IMG/VR virus record: IMGVR_UViG_3300020042_004571
Location: 1-31,496 of that record
From: a virus
Lineage: Duplodnaviria > Caudoviricetes
Direction: 5' to 3' (one strand)
Length of the DNA stretch: 31,496 nucleotides
The position numbers and the translations under genes are program-made. This document shows, piece after piece, positions 9,259 through 19,615 of the stretch. Numbering within the stretch: the stretch's first letter is position 1; the number at the start of each line of letters is the position of its first letter. The notes beneath the pieces were generated by a model. The model was not told the DNA's origin and made no database searches. It worked only from the letters and a program-made list of their open reading frames with translations.

Positions 9259-9562
9259 GAGTCACCTCAACCACCGGCTGCTCAACCACTGGCTCCTCAA
9301 CCACTGGCTCTGCCGGAACAATAAACGCTTCGCCGTAAGGCGCGATGACGTTGACGCTGCGAAGGCTTACAAGAGCATCTGCTTGAGCAAAAGCCCGCTC
9401 TGCAATTGCTTCCGTGTCTGGCTCATAGCCGTTTACGTTAGACGCATAAATACCTTGAGCAACGGCTGCGGCAAAGAAATCTCTTAGCGTCATTCCTGAG
9501 AATTGACCAATGGGGTTTGCTGGACCGCCATCAATTACAGTTGTGTTTTCTGTGTTAATCAT
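9251..9562 (-). CDS. Hypothetical phage protein with GMTLRDxFAA motif
   Basis: DGGPAxP...GMTLRDFFAAAVAQG...AFAQADAL resembles a widespread small phage family; acidic EPVVE tail. Confidence 0.7.
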   Translation of the reverse strand: MINTENTTVIDGGPANPIGQFSGMTLRDFFAAAVAQGIYASNVNGYEPDTEAIAERAFAQADALVSLRSVNVIAPYGEAFIVPAEPVVEEPVVEQPVVEVTRV

Positions 9563-9571
9563 TTCTATTCC

Positions 9572-11725
9572 TTATGAAATTTCTACAATACCGCAGGTTA
9601 CATTAGCATTAGCCAATGAGCTTGATACGCTTGTTTCATACGCAAATGCGGTTGAACCATTTAGCAAAAGATTTGTTCCGTCTGTTGCCAAACCTACGGC
9701 GTTAATGTAAGTGTTATTGTTTATCGCAGTTGTAGAAACGGATAAGCTGGTAAAAGTAGACAAGTCTGTTGACGTTATAAAAGTTCCAGACCTTACAAAA
9801 TAATATACCCCGCCAGCGTACCCCATGTTTTCAACATTCGACCCGGAGTTAACAACAACTGAACTGGTAAGCAAAGTGTAGGCCGTTTGGGGAGTTGTAG
9901 ATGAGTACAAGTTGCTACCAGTCTGGTACAAATTTAATGAGTTAACAGTTGCCGCATATTTTAAACCGTATAAAAAGGACGTCCATGTAACTCCGTCGCT
10001 ACTTGTAGCGTAAGTTCCAATATTTGAACTTATAACAAATTTAGAAATATTGATGTCGTAATATAAGCCGGCCTGAGTTGTAGGAATTTTTCCATAAAGT
10101 GACTCGGGCAAAGTTTGCGAAGTCCAAGCCGCTCCAGAACTTGTACTTGTATAAATTGTTGTGCTAGTGATAAGAACAAGAGTTGTACTAATTCCAGCGG
10201 CAGCTAGGACACTGCTGTAGCTGACCGGGGACGTATACCCTGTGTCAGTAGGATAGGAGTTGTAAGCGGAGGCCTTTAGAATTTTATTCTGGGTGGTAAT
10301 AGCATAATAAACTCCGGCAACGCCCCACGAAATAGAAGGATTGCCGGTTGTCGCGAGGGTTAAAGACGAGCCCGAAATACTAGTCATACTAGATCCGCTA
10401 AAATAAGCAGCTTGAATAGTTGTGTTGGAGGAATCCCGCCCAAAGGCGTAACTAAAGGTCTCACCGTGAGTGAGACAGTTTGGGGCTGTCAATATAACGC
10501 CGGAACCGGGCATGGTAAAAGTAGGGTAGCCTTTACCAGCACTGGAATTGCTTCTAGACTCACCCCCTGTACCTGCGTTATTAATAAAAAATACATAGCC
10601 CAAACCGGAGCCGCTTGTCATTTTACAGTTTGCACCTGAAATAGCTGTAACCGTTCCCGCAGTCCAAGTAGCTCCATCATTGGATGACCAAGAAGAAGCG
10701 CCAGTGCTTGGGTTGAACAAAACGGCATAGCTACTTGCGCCAAAGGTAAACTGTGTTGGACTGCCAGTAGCTACGCCCCGCGTTGTCCAAGTAAGCGCAC
10801 TATTTGTTGACGAATAGGACCTACCAGTGGTTGGAGAAATGATAGTAGCGCCGTTATTAAGCGCTCCCAAAAACCCCGTTTGTAATGCTCCAAGAACAGC
10901 ATAAGGATAGGTAACGGCTGAGCCGTTTGCGTTGGTTGAAATAGCAGCGCCTCCGCTTTCTAATCCAAAAACCCAAGTACTGTTGGCAAAGAAAATAGAA
11001 ATAATGCTTGCCGTTACAGATCCAGTCAAAGTAGTCGAAGTCCACGTTCCTGTTGGAGTAGCTGTATAAATGTATTGACCAACATTTCCTACGGCAACCC
11101 AGTTTGCCCCGCTGTAAGCCACCGCGTTTAAACCAGCAGTGTTAGAGGTGGCGCGCGCTGTCCAAGTTATCAAGTCAGAACTTGTATAAACAAAACCGGG
11201 TAAGGTCCCAACGGCAACAAAAGTTGACGCACCAAAAGCCAAATCTTTTAATGAGGAACTAAAATTAAATGTTTGTTGTGTCCAAGTTGTTCCGTTAGTG
11301 CTTGTCAAAACAACACCGTAACCAGTTACCGAATTGCTTCCAATAGCAATCCAAGTGCTATTGAGGTAATAGACATTTGAAATAGTAAAGCTGGTTGAAT
11401 AGTCTGAGGCAAATTTATAGGCAGAAGCCGTAGAAGTGGAGACCGAAATTGACTCTCCAGCCACCAAAGTTATTGGGTCAGACAATAAATTGACAGAACC
11501 CAAAATGGTGTTACCCGTGGCTAGTTGATAGTTGGTACTAACGCCAATAGAAATTGGGTAAGTGATTCCACCAGACACCTTGTTAAACGTTAAAGCCGAG
11601 CCGCCAATAAGGGACGTGCCGAGAACGCTTTTAACTATCGCCGTTTTTGCCGTGGGTACGGTGTACAAGGTGGTCGGAGTGCTTGATGTAATTGCTGCAC
11701 TTGCTGAGATAGGAGTTTGAGCCAT
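9572..11725 (-). CDS. Receptor-binding/tail accessory protein with beta-propeller-like repeats
   Basis: 717 aa, Ser/Thr-rich, repeated Asp-box-like S-x-[DN]-G-x-T-W motifs; visibly more AT-rich than its neighbours. Confidence 0.7.
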   Translation of the reverse strand: MAQTPISASAAITSSTPTTLYTVPTAKTAIVKSVLGTSLIGGSALTFNKVSGGITYPISIGVSTNYQLATGNTILGSVNLLSDPITLVAGESISVSTSTASAYKFASDYSTSFTISNVYYLNSTWIAIGSNSVTGYGVVLTSTNGTTWTQQTFNFSSSLKDLAFGASTFVAVGTLPGFVYTSSDLITWTARATSNTAGLNAVAYSGANWVAVGNVGQYIYTATPTGTWTSTTLTGSVTASIISIFFANSTWVFGLESGGAAISTNANGSAVTYPYAVLGALQTGFLGALNNGATIISPTTGRSYSSTNSALTWTTRGVATGSPTQFTFGASSYAVLFNPSTGASSWSSNDGATWTAGTVTAISGANCKMTSGSGLGYVFFINNAGTGGESRSNSSAGKGYPTFTMPGSGVILTAPNCLTHGETFSYAFGRDSSNTTIQAAYFSGSSMTSISGSSLTLATTGNPSISWGVAGVYYAITTQNKILKASAYNSYPTDTGYTSPVSYSSVLAAAGISTTLVLITSTTIYTSTSSGAAWTSQTLPESLYGKIPTTQAGLYYDINISKFVISSNIGTYATSSDGVTWTSFLYGLKYAATVNSLNLYQTGSNLYSSTTPQTAYTLLTSSVVVNSGSNVENMGYAGGVYYFVRSGTFITSTDLSTFTSLSVSTTAINNNTYINAVGLATDGTNLLLNGSTAFAYETSVSSSLANANVTCGIVEIS

Positions 11726-11734
11726 TTTTGTTCC

Positions 11735-14305
11735 TTAACCAAAAAAGTAATACAAAAGAGAATTGTCTGAGCCAGCTGCTGCTGAACTAACCCAACTTGA
11801 ACCGTCTGAAGTCAGCATATTTCCAGCTGTTCCCGGTGCTACAAACGTAGGTGCGGCAGTGCCGTTACCTAAGATGACATTGTTGGCGGTGAGGGTTGAT
11901 AGACTTGTGCCGCCGTTGGCTACTGGAAGAACGCCAGTCACGCCAGTAGTTAGAGGAAGGCCAGTGGCGCTGGTAAGGACAAGCAGCGTGGGCGTGCCCA
12001 AATTGGGAGTGGTCAGCGTAGGAGATGTCAGCGTCTTGTTGGTCAGCGTTTCTGCGCCAGCCAAAGTAGCCAAGGTCCCTGACGTGGGAAACGTGACGTT
12101 TGTCGTGCCTGTCAGTGTGCGCGTGTAGGCAAAGTTGCCGGACCCCGTAACGGTCATGGCTGCGTTGTTTTGAACGCCGGTACCGCCGTTGGCCGCAGGC
12201 ACAACTTGAGCAGCTGCAAATGTGATGGCGCCGGTCATGGTGCCGCCGGAAAGGGCTAGGTAGCCAGTGGCTGGCAGGTAAGCGACCAGCCAAGTTGCGC
12301 CGGAGTACACACGCATTTCGCTTGTCGTGGTATTGAAATACAAAGCACCCGTTAGCAAGGGGTTGCCGTCGTTGTCCAGCGCCGGATCAGAAGCCTTTGC
12401 GCCAAGATAACGGTCGTCAAACGAATCAAACGACGCTGCCGCCGCTGTTGCGCTACCGGCTGCTGCTGTTGCGCTGCCGGCCGCTGCCGTGGCGCTGCCG
12501 CCTGCGTTGGTCTCGCTTACCGCAGCAGCTGCGGCGGAAGTGGCCGCTGCTGTTGCGCTGCCAAGAATGGTGTCTACGTAGATCTTGGTTGTGGCATCTT
12601 GGTTGGCCGTTGGGTCCGCCATGCCGGTAATCTTGCTGGCGCCCATGGCAATGGCACCAGACATTGTGCCGCCGGACAAGTTCAACTTTAACGCGTCAGC
12701 GGTATCGACATAGGTTTTTGTGGCTGCGTCTTGAGCAACGGAGGGGTTGCCAAGGCCGGTGATCTTATTTGTGCCCATGGCAATTGCACCGGTCATGGTG
12801 CCGCCAGCCAAATCGAGCTTAAGAGCAAGAGCGTTATTGACTTGCGTTTGTGTATACGCGTCACTGATGTTGTAACCAGCAAGTGTGGTGGGGTTTGTTC
12901 CCGCAGTGATGCGGCCATAAGTGTCCACAGTCACCGACTGGTATGTGCTGGCACCGACACCGGTGGTGGCCAAATCGATGTCGTTAGAGTTGACAACAAT
13001 TCGGCTGCTTGACGCAGTGCCAACATCTAAGGTGTTGCCGGTCTTGGTCAAGCCAGCGCCTGCGGTAATTTGGCCAGCGCCTGAGAATTGGACCCAAGTT
13101 ACGGCCGTGCTGCCAAGCGTGCCGCCGGGATTGACCGTGCAAACAAATCCGTTGTCTGCGTTGACCGTGCCTGCTTCAACAAAAGTAAAAGCTGATGTCA
13201 GCTCTACCCAAGTGTCGGCGTCTGTGGATCGACTCCAAGTGCCGGCAGCGGCTACGTAAATACCGTTTTCTGCTGGGCTGGTTTGATCTTTGACCAGTAC
13301 CCGGTCCCCAGTAAGGACCGACACACCGTCAATTGTTTGTGGGGCCGACAAGGTGATGTTGGCCGTAGTAGCTGCAACGCAAGATGCTTTTGCGTCCAGT
13401 CCTTGTGCGGTGTTGTCAACGTAATTTTTGGTCGCCGCGTCTTGAGCAGATGTCGGATCACCCATGCCGGTAATCTTGCTGGTGTTCATGGCAATGGCGC
13501 CCGACATCGTGCCGCCAGCTAAGTCAAGTTTAAGAGCGTCTGCGGTATCAACGTAAGTCTTGGTGGCCGCGTCTTGGGCACTCGTAGGGTTGCCCATACC
13601 GGTGATCTTGCTGGTGCCCATGGCGATAGCGCCCGACATCGTGCCGCCAGCCAAGGCCAGTTTAAGGGCGTCGGCAGTGTCAACATAACCCTTAGTGGCT
13701 GCATCGCCTGAGTTGGTTGGTGTGGCCAGATTTGTAATGGTGGCCACGGTGCCGGCGTCCATGTCCAAGCCACCGGAAATTGTCACGTTGTTAAACGTCG
13801 ACGTGCCGGAGCTGGCGGTCACGTTGCCAGTCAAATTGCCGGTGACGTTGCCGATGACGTTACCGGTCACGTTGCCTGTCACGTTACCGGACAAATTGCC
13901 GGTAAAACCAGAGCTGGCGCTGACAGTTGTGAATGCGCCTGTTGACGGGGTTGTTCCACCAATTGGTGTACCGTTTATCGTACCCCCAGTAATTACAACA
14001 CTGGAACCAAGAATTGAGTTGCCAGTGACTGTCAGGTTGGTGAACGTACCGGCTGCGGCCGTAGTTGCGCCAATGGGCGTGCTGTTCAAAGTGCTGGCTG
14101 TAATGACCAAAGCCTGCAAAGCGGCGGAAGCAATTAAAGCAGTACCCGCTGAATTGACCATTGCCACCTTGTAACCGTTGGCGGCCAAGGTCGGCAACAG
14201 GTCAAAGCCAAGAGTAACGTTCTCCAACTCATTGCGCAGCGTCGCCGATGAGCCCGGCGAGTTGGGTGTTGGGTAGGTGGTGTGGGTATAGTACGGATTG
14301 CTCAT
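11735..14305 (-). CDS. Tail fibre protein
   Basis: 856 aa with GNVT repeats, five DAxTKxYVD units with [12 protein letters not shown] spacers, a DRVLVKDQ...ENGIY domain and ETLTNKTLT motif. Confidence 0.88.
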   Translation of the reverse strand: MSNPYYTHTTYPTPNSPGSSATLRNELENVTLGFDLLPTLAANGYKVAMVNSAGTALIASAALQALVITASTLNSTPIGATTAAAGTFTNLTVTGNSILGSSVVITGGTINGTPIGGTTPSTGAFTTVSASSGFTGNLSGNVTGNVTGNVIGNVTGNLTGNVTASSGTSTFNNVTISGGLDMDAGTVATITNLATPTNSGDAATKGYVDTADALKLALAGGTMSGAIAMGTSKITGMGNPTSAQDAATKTYVDTADALKLDLAGGTMSGAIAMNTSKITGMGDPTSAQDAATKNYVDNTAQGLDAKASCVAATTANITLSAPQTIDGVSVLTGDRVLVKDQTSPAENGIYVAAAGTWSRSTDADTWVELTSAFTFVEAGTVNADNGFVCTVNPGGTLGSTAVTWVQFSGAGQITAGAGLTKTGNTLDVGTASSSRIVVNSNDIDLATTGVGASTYQSVTVDTYGRITAGTNPTTLAGYNISDAYTQTQVNNALALKLDLAGGTMTGAIAMGTNKITGLGNPSVAQDAATKTYVDTADALKLNLSGGTMSGAIAMGASKITGMADPTANQDATTKIYVDTILGSATAAATSAAAAAVSETNAGGSATAAAGSATAAAGSATAAAASFDSFDDRYLGAKASDPALDNDGNPLLTGALYFNTTTSEMRVYSGATWLVAYLPATGYLALSGGTMTGAITFAAAQVVPAANGGTGVQNNAAMTVTGSGNFAYTRTLTGTTNVTFPTSGTLATLAGAETLTNKTLTSPTLTTPNLGTPTLLVLTSATGLPLTTGVTGVLPVANGGTSLSTLTANNVILGNGTAAPTFVAPGTAGNMLTSDGSSWVSSAAAGSDNSLLYYFFG

Positions 14306-16329
14306 CGGATTCCTCGACGTAGGGTGTAGTGCACGATAACGGTATTCACCGTAAAAGGCTCAAAAAGGTCAGAGTTTGAAGAAACACGAATGGACATGTT
14401 TTCGGCGGTTCCTGAAACCTCAATTTCAGACGGAGAAATGTCAGCTCCGTCCCACACAAAATTATCCCAAACCATTTCATCCCAATAGCTAGAACGCAAA
14501 TCGTTTTGGTATGAGGCGTCCGCAGGCTGAGTCAATGCTTGTGTACGGTAGCCAAGGTCATAGCCAAATTGAATTTCGGCGTAGGAATCCCCTGACAATT
14601 CTACGGCAGCTTTGCGATACCGTTTTAAAATTCGGGGCGATTTTGTTGAGTTGTAAATTAAGTTTACGTTGGCCGGGATGCCGTCGCCGTCAAAGCTCGT
14701 GCCCAAATCCATTTGGTACACGTAGCCGTTAGTTGAACCAAAGAATTGGACCGTTCCACCGGTGGGCGACTCGCTATCAACGCAACAATTGACATTGTGC
14801 CCAAACTGTATCGGCATGCTGCCAAGCAATTTGCCGTTTACAATTGTCAAGTAAAGGCCGGATCCGTCAGAGAAAAACACCCGGTACTGACCCTTGTCTC
14901 GGTTGACCGTACTGCCAATAGCCAGATCCCGGTGCTGCTGAATAAATCTAGGGATGTTCATGGTTAACGACGCTGGCACAAAGTTGCCAAAGTTCAGTGA
15001 CGTGCCCAAACTAATAATGCCCCTGTCGTCCAGCACATACGCTTGGTCCATGTTTTGAGCCGTGTACGCAATGGCGCCCGTGCCGCTGTTGAATGTGGAC
15101 AAACTGAAGTTTGCAGAGCTTGTGCCGTACAACACTGAAGTGTCTTGCCTTGTGTAAACACCTAGCGCGCCGCTTGATTGGTCGCCCGGCAACACCAATA
15201 AATTAGTAACTTCCGCGTTCATCGCAATTTCACCGGCACCCAGCAAAGGGGTCCATTGATAAGGGTAGCCCAAACCAGAAAACTGCAACGAAGCGCCGAA
15301 GCTCAGAAACAAATGCTGTTTGTGAAACGCGATGTGCTTTGGCGTGTCCACGGTCATGCCAGTAACAATAGGAACAAAAGTCGTGCCATCAAACTCAAAT
15401 GCTCGGTTAACACCGTCACATCCGTAGAGCTTGTAGTTAGCCGTACCACCGCCAAAGTTGGCAACCACGGTCTCATAACGGCCGCCCGTTGTAAGCGTAA
15501 TTTGTGTAGCCGCGCCGCCCGCTATGGCTTTTACCGCTGCTGCAACTGTAAGATTCTCACCACTTGTAAAAACGCCAGTAGAAGATGAAAGAATAAGCCG
15601 GCCGGCCGCATTGCCCGAAGCAAATGTGCCCGACTGCAATACAACCCTAGCCACCACACCGGTTGCGCCGCTGGTGGCTCCCGTGACCGTGTTCCCATCT
15701 ACGATTGCAGCTGTACCCGTGCCAAAGCTCAACTCTTTGCCAAGCGCGATAGCAACCCAACCGGCCGCCGTCGATTTGTACATTGACGTTAATCGCCACG
15801 CGTAGCAGACGCCGTTGTAGTAGGCCACCCCAAGGATTGAACCGGTTCCGGGCACGGTGGTGATGTCAGCTCGGTAATTGTCGGCCGCAAGGTTTTGATA
15901 CGTTGCGTCAGTTAGACCATCAGCCGCCACGCCGTCTATCGATGTGATGGTGCCCACATTGACCGAACTTACTGCAAGGCCTTCCGTAGCTAAAAAAGTA
16001 CCGGTCTCTCGGGTAATCACCACGTCGTTACCAGTTCTTGCAATAACGCGGCCTGTAGCTGCGGATGACAAACCAACGATGGTATTACCAACAGAAACCG
16101 TTCCGGTCAAAGCGCACACAAGAATGTTGTAAGTGGCAGAAGACGGGCTGGGCCTGCCATCAAAACGCTCATAGCCAGCAATGCGGGTGTAGCCGCCAGT
16201 GATCGAACACTCAAAGTTTGCAGCCCGACGAACAACGCCTGCTGGCAAAGAAAGCGTGGGAGTTACCTGATCCAAACCGCCACCAAGGCGTATCAGATCG
16301 TAATTGACTCTGGGCGTGGTCAGCGGCAT
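14302..16329 (-). CDS. Tail nozzle / DNA stabilisation protein (P22 gp10 / T7 gp12-like)
   Basis: 675-aa beta-rich protein between adaptor and fibre; GGLD N-terminus; synteny. Confidence 0.65.
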   Translation of the reverse strand: MPLTTPRVNYDLIRLGGGLDQVTPTLSLPAGVVRRAANFECSITGGYTRIAGYERFDGRPSPSSATYNILVCALTGTVSVGNTIVGLSSAATGRVIARTGNDVVITRETGTFLATEGLAVSSVNVGTITSIDGVAADGLTDATYQNLAADNYRADITTVPGTGSILGVAYYNGVCYAWRLTSMYKSTAAGWVAIALGKELSFGTGTAAIVDGNTVTGATSGATGVVARVVLQSGTFASGNAAGRLILSSSTGVFTSGENLTVAAAVKAIAGGAATQITLTTGGRYETVVANFGGGTANYKLYGCDGVNRAFEFDGTTFVPIVTGMTVDTPKHIAFHKQHLFLSFGASLQFSGLGYPYQWTPLLGAGEIAMNAEVTNLLVLPGDQSSGALGVYTRQDTSVLYGTSSANFSLSTFNSGTGAIAYTAQNMDQAYVLDDRGIISLGTSLNFGNFVPASLTMNIPRFIQQHRDLAIGSTVNRDKGQYRVFFSDGSGLYLTIVNGKLLGSMPIQFGHNVNCCVDSESPTGGTVQFFGSTNGYVYQMDLGTSFDGDGIPANVNLIYNSTKSPRILKRYRKAAVELSGDSYAEIQFGYDLGYRTQALTQPADASYQNDLRSSYWDEMVWDNFVWDGADISPSEIEVSGTAENMSIRVSSNSDLFEPFTVNTVIVHYTLRRGIR

Positions 16330-16338
16330 TTGTGCACC

Positions 16339-17031
16339 TTATGCAAGCGGTGGCCCGCTGACAAATGTTGGCAACTGGTCAATGTCCAGTCGGTTCATCA
16401 ATCTCTTAAATTCAAATTCGCCGCGCTGATAGACTTCCGGCGCTGATTCATATCCGCCGTAAAACATCATGGCCCTGTAGACAATCATCATCTGAAAGCG
16501 GTCAGGGAACACCGTAGGCGGCGCGTCAGTGGCCAAGGCAAACTCTGTTGGCTGAACGTAGTACTCACCCACAATGACGTAGGGCTGGTCTGGTATTGAG
16601 CCAAAGCCCAAACTCTTATCTGGGTCAATTGTGACAACCACAGGGCGCGCATACGTCGTGCGCATGTTCCCGTACATGTACAGGTTGCGAAACGTCGTGT
16701 AGTCCATGTAGTTCAACAATTGCTCGTCGGCGTAGTTTTGTCCTACAGACGACGCGCGCCAGCTATCACGTTTCCAGTTTCCAAAAGTAGACCCCACACC
16801 GGCTTGGGTGGGGGTGTAAATTTGTTGTTGCGTGACCGTGTTGAATTGCACCGGATTACGCATCCATTCCCAGTCTTCCTTGGCCGTTTGCACATCGACC
16901 CAAGCACTGTTGATCCAGCTTGACATCCGGTAGGACTCGCCGGTCAAACCAGTGACGGTGATCAATGGAACGTTGGCGCCAGAGACACCGCACTCCACGC
17001 GCAGCCGGTTGATAAGCTGAAGATAGTTCAC
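16339..17031 (-). CDS. Head-tail adaptor (tail tubular protein A-like)
   Basis: MNYLQLINRL...WINSAWVD...WEW N-terminus and PDRFQMMIVYRA C-terminal helix; synteny. Confidence 0.72.
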   Translation of the reverse strand: MNYLQLINRLRVECGVSGANVPLITVTGLTGESYRMSSWINSAWVDVQTAKEDWEWMRNPVQFNTVTQQQIYTPTQAGVGSTFGNWKRDSWRASSVGQNYADEQLLNYMDYTTFRNLYMYGNMRTTYARPVVVTIDPDKSLGFGSIPDQPYVIVGEYYVQPTEFALATDAPPTVFPDRFQMMIVYRAMMFYGGYESAPEVYQRGEFEFKRLMNRLDIDQLPTFVSGPPLA

Positions 17032-17046
17032 TGGGTCGCCCTGTGT

Positions 17047-17475
17047 TTAAGCGGGTTCAGCCAATACGTTTTGAAGCCATGCGCGGCCGCGAGGATTCTC
17101 GTCGCTTAACATTTCAAAAGGATAGGCCAAGCCGTGGCGCGCGATCATGTCGATCTGATCAGGCGCTGCTGGGTTGCGAGTTACTTGGCTGTATTTGGTT
17201 TCCTTCATACGTGCCAAAATCTCAACGTACTTACGACGAACGCGCATTGGCACGCCGCGCAGGATTGGTTGATTGGTTCCGTTGCAATTGAGAATTACAT
17301 GAGGAGATTGATTTTCGTCGGTGCTGGCGTGCACCATGACTTCAACCAACTCGTTCATAAAGACTTCGCTTGCTGCAAGCTCGCGAAGGTCTACAACTTG
17401 GGAAACTGGATCAACTGTCGGTGTGTCGTCTAGGATCTCAATGCCTGCGACTACTTGTTTTTTTGCCATCTTCAT
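17047..17475 (-). CDS. Conserved hypothetical protein after the capsid genes
   Basis: 142 aa with GGAG RBS; NGxxxxIxRG...YVEIL...YPF pattern. Confidence 0.65.
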   Translation of the reverse strand: MKMAKKQVVAGIEILDDTPTVDPVSQVVDLRELAASEVFMNELVEVMVHASTDENQSPHVILNCNGTNQPILRGVPMRVRRKYVEILARMKETKYSQVTRNPAAPDQIDMIARHGLAYPFEMLSDENPRGRAWLQNVLAEPA

Positions 17476-17505
17476 TCTCCGTTAGGTTTAAAAAATCGGT
17501 CTGCC

Positions 17506-17534
17506 AAAAAGCAGGCTGCCCGAAGGCAACCTGC
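17506..17534 (-). terminator. Rho-independent terminator after the capsid/decoration genes
   Basis: Minus strand GCAGGTTGCC-TTCG-GGCAGCCTGC-TTTTT: 10-bp stem, cUUCGg loop, U-tract. Confidence 0.88.
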
Positions 17535-17562
17535 GAAACCCTCCGTTAGGAGAGATGGCAAC

Positions 17563-18000
17563 TTACTGGGCTGAGCCGGGCATGTCCATGCAGTCGCTAA
17601 AGGTATCAGTGATACCGGTAGCGCTGAGGTCAGTCGAGCCGGGAGTAAAGGTAGCAGAAGAGCTGGTAACTACTTTGATCAAACCGACCAAAGTTGTGTT
17701 AGCCGTAACCTGTGAAGGCACTGGACATGGATCGTCAGCAGCAACGATAGGACCTTGTGTGGTCGATACCGTGCCGCCAGATGTGATCCACACCGCAAAC
17801 AAGCAAGCCTGTGATGCAGCCAAAGCTGTACCAGCAGTGAATGTCAAGTTGTCGGTAGCAGCCTTAGACTTAAAAATACCATTGCTTGTGTAAGTCAAAG
17901 TATTGGTAGTCTTAAAAGTTGCACTGTTAGTGCCTTCGGCTAGGCCGGCAGCGGTCAGCGAGAGATAGCCACTATTGGCTTGTTCGATGTTGTATGACAT
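17563..18000 (-). CDS. Putative capsid decoration / minor structural protein
   Basis: 145 aa, Thr/Ala-rich beta protein in the capsid operon before the terminator; strong RBS. Confidence 0.6.
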   Translation of the reverse strand: MSYNIEQANSGYLSLTAAGLAEGTNSATFKTTNTLTYTSNGIFKSKAATDNLTFTAGTALAASQACLFAVWITSGGTVSTTQGPIVAADDPCPVPSQVTANTTLVGLIKVVTSSSATFTPGSTDLSATGITDTFSDCMDMPGSAQ

Positions 18001-18020
18001 GATTTATTCCTTTAATAAAA

Positions 18021-18518
18021 TTAGACAGTTGCTGAGAACGGCGTTGCTTCCGTGCCCGTTGCAGCGGTAAACACACGCACGGCAAAGGTGCCGGTAATCG
18101 CATCGATGATCTCGATGTGATCGCCAGCAAGGCCGCCCAGTGTTGTGCCGTTAAGGGTGATGGTGTCGCTGGCCGCAGCCGTGGCAAAACCCAAGACGGC
18201 GGCCGTGTTGTCACTGACCACATACGCCCGACCAGACATCACGTCAGTGGCGTTGGCCACTTTGATGGTTGTCGAGTTAGACGTTATTGTTGAACCAATG
18301 ATGAATCGGTAGACAGAACCCGTGCCGGTAGCAGCAGGCAAAGTGACTGCGCAACCTGCCACAGCACTAATTACTGTCGTACGCCCTGCATGCACTTCCT
18401 TCGTGCAAGTAAGCGTTGCGCCGGTGATGCTGACTGGCGGTGTGGACAGCACTGAGCCGTTCATATCGCCAAGCAGCACCCCGTCGTTAACAAGGCTATA
18501 AAAAGATTTATTGCTCAT
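18021..18518 (-). CDS. Putative capsid decoration protein
   Basis: 165 aa with a VTLPAATGTGxxYRF motif; directly after the major capsid gene. Confidence 0.62.
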   Translation of the reverse strand: MSNKSFYSLVNDGVLLGDMNGSVLSTPPVSITGATLTCTKEVHAGRTTVISAVAGCAVTLPAATGTGSVYRFIIGSTITSNSTTIKVANATDVMSGRAYVVSDNTAAVLGFATAAASDTITLNGTTLGGLAGDHIEIIDAITGTFAVRVFTAATGTEATPFSATV

Positions 18519-18528
18519 GTTGTTCTCC

Positions 18529-19587
18529 TTAGAGAGCCGTTACGCCAGCTTCGATACGGGCCATGAAGGCGTCGTTCAGACGCACAGTCGCGAACCATGT
18601 AGAAGCGCCCACGTAGCCGAATTGGCCCAATGGGTTGGCGTGGTTGGTCTGTGAGGCTTTGAGGACCACAGGCTTGATGGCAGACATGCCCTTGAGGGCA
18701 ACTTGGCCCCAGCAGTCTTCACCGATGATGATGAAGGGATACACGTCAACGTTAGCAGCGCCAACAGACAACATGCCGTTCAAGGTTGCAGAACCAGCAG
18801 CAGCAAAGGATTTCAACAGGGGTGAGCTGATGAAACGGAAGTCTTCGCAAGCGCCGATTTCGCGGTCATGGATTGGCTTGAATGAACCGTACTCTTCCAC
18901 ACGGGTGAAGCCGGGCAAGTTACGGATGTCGCTGACAGCGTCAGTGTGGCAGAAGATAACGTATGCGGGCTGCACAGCGCGAGTGCCGAAGTTGACACCG
19001 GGAGCCAGACGGCTGGTCACGCGGCGTGAACGGTTGGACTCAAGTGTACGAGCTGCTTTACGAATTGCGTTCAAGCTGATCGCTGTGTTGATTGCAGAGC
19101 GGCTAGAACCGTTTGCGTAGATCACAGTAGATCCGGCCTTCAACACACCGTAACGAACCATCTCCATCACCTCAGCCAGAGTCTCGCCTGTGAGCTTGAC
19201 CATTTCGCCGGGGATGTCATCTTCGTACAGCTGCTCAACTTTGCTGGAGTACTTAAACAGCACGCCATATTGTTGAAGCTGGACAGACACGTCTTGAAAA
19301 GAGATCGTGTTTGCGTTTGGTGTCACACCCTCAGCCAACACGAAGTTGGAAGCGGTGATGTCAGGAGTACCAACGTAGCGAGAAGAGTTCTCGATTGTTG
19401 TACCAACAGTAGATGCGCCAAAAGGCAGAGTACGACGGAACACCAAAGTGTCTGTCGAATTCTGGGGCATCTCACGTTGAGTACCGAAGTCGCCCAAAAC
19501 AGTGATGGGCTGTGCGTGTTCAAGCATACCTTGAGCGGCGCGGATTAGATTTCGCGATGCTACGGTGCCGTAATTTTGAATAGACAT
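18529..19587 (-). CDS. Major capsid protein (N4-gp56-like family)
   Basis: 352 aa; MPQNSTDTLVFRR, LAEGVTP, LQQYG, EIG...RFI and ANPLGQFGYVG motifs; follows the scaffold gene. Confidence 0.88.
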   Translation of the reverse strand: MSIQNYGTVASRNLIRAAQGMLEHAQPITVLGDFGTQREMPQNSTDTLVFRRTLPFGASTVGTTIENSSRYVGTPDITASNFVLAEGVTPNANTISFQDVSVQLQQYGVLFKYSSKVEQLYEDDIPGEMVKLTGETLAEVMEMVRYGVLKAGSTVIYANGSSRSAINTAISLNAIRKAARTLESNRSRRVTSRLAPGVNFGTRAVQPAYVIFCHTDAVSDIRNLPGFTRVEEYGSFKPIHDREIGACEDFRFISSPLLKSFAAAGSATLNGMLSVGAANVDVYPFIIIGEDCWGQVALKGMSAIKPVVLKASQTNHANPLGQFGYVGASTWFATVRLNDAFMARIEAGVTAL

Positions 19588-19615
19588 GGTCTAGTTTCCT
19601 TTTTTGAAAATTGAT

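Noticed and set aside
11735-14305. Diversity-generating retroelement TR/VR pair in fibre repeats
   Set aside because: The repeats are in-frame protein repeats with no evident adenine-specific differences, and no reverse transcriptase is in the window.
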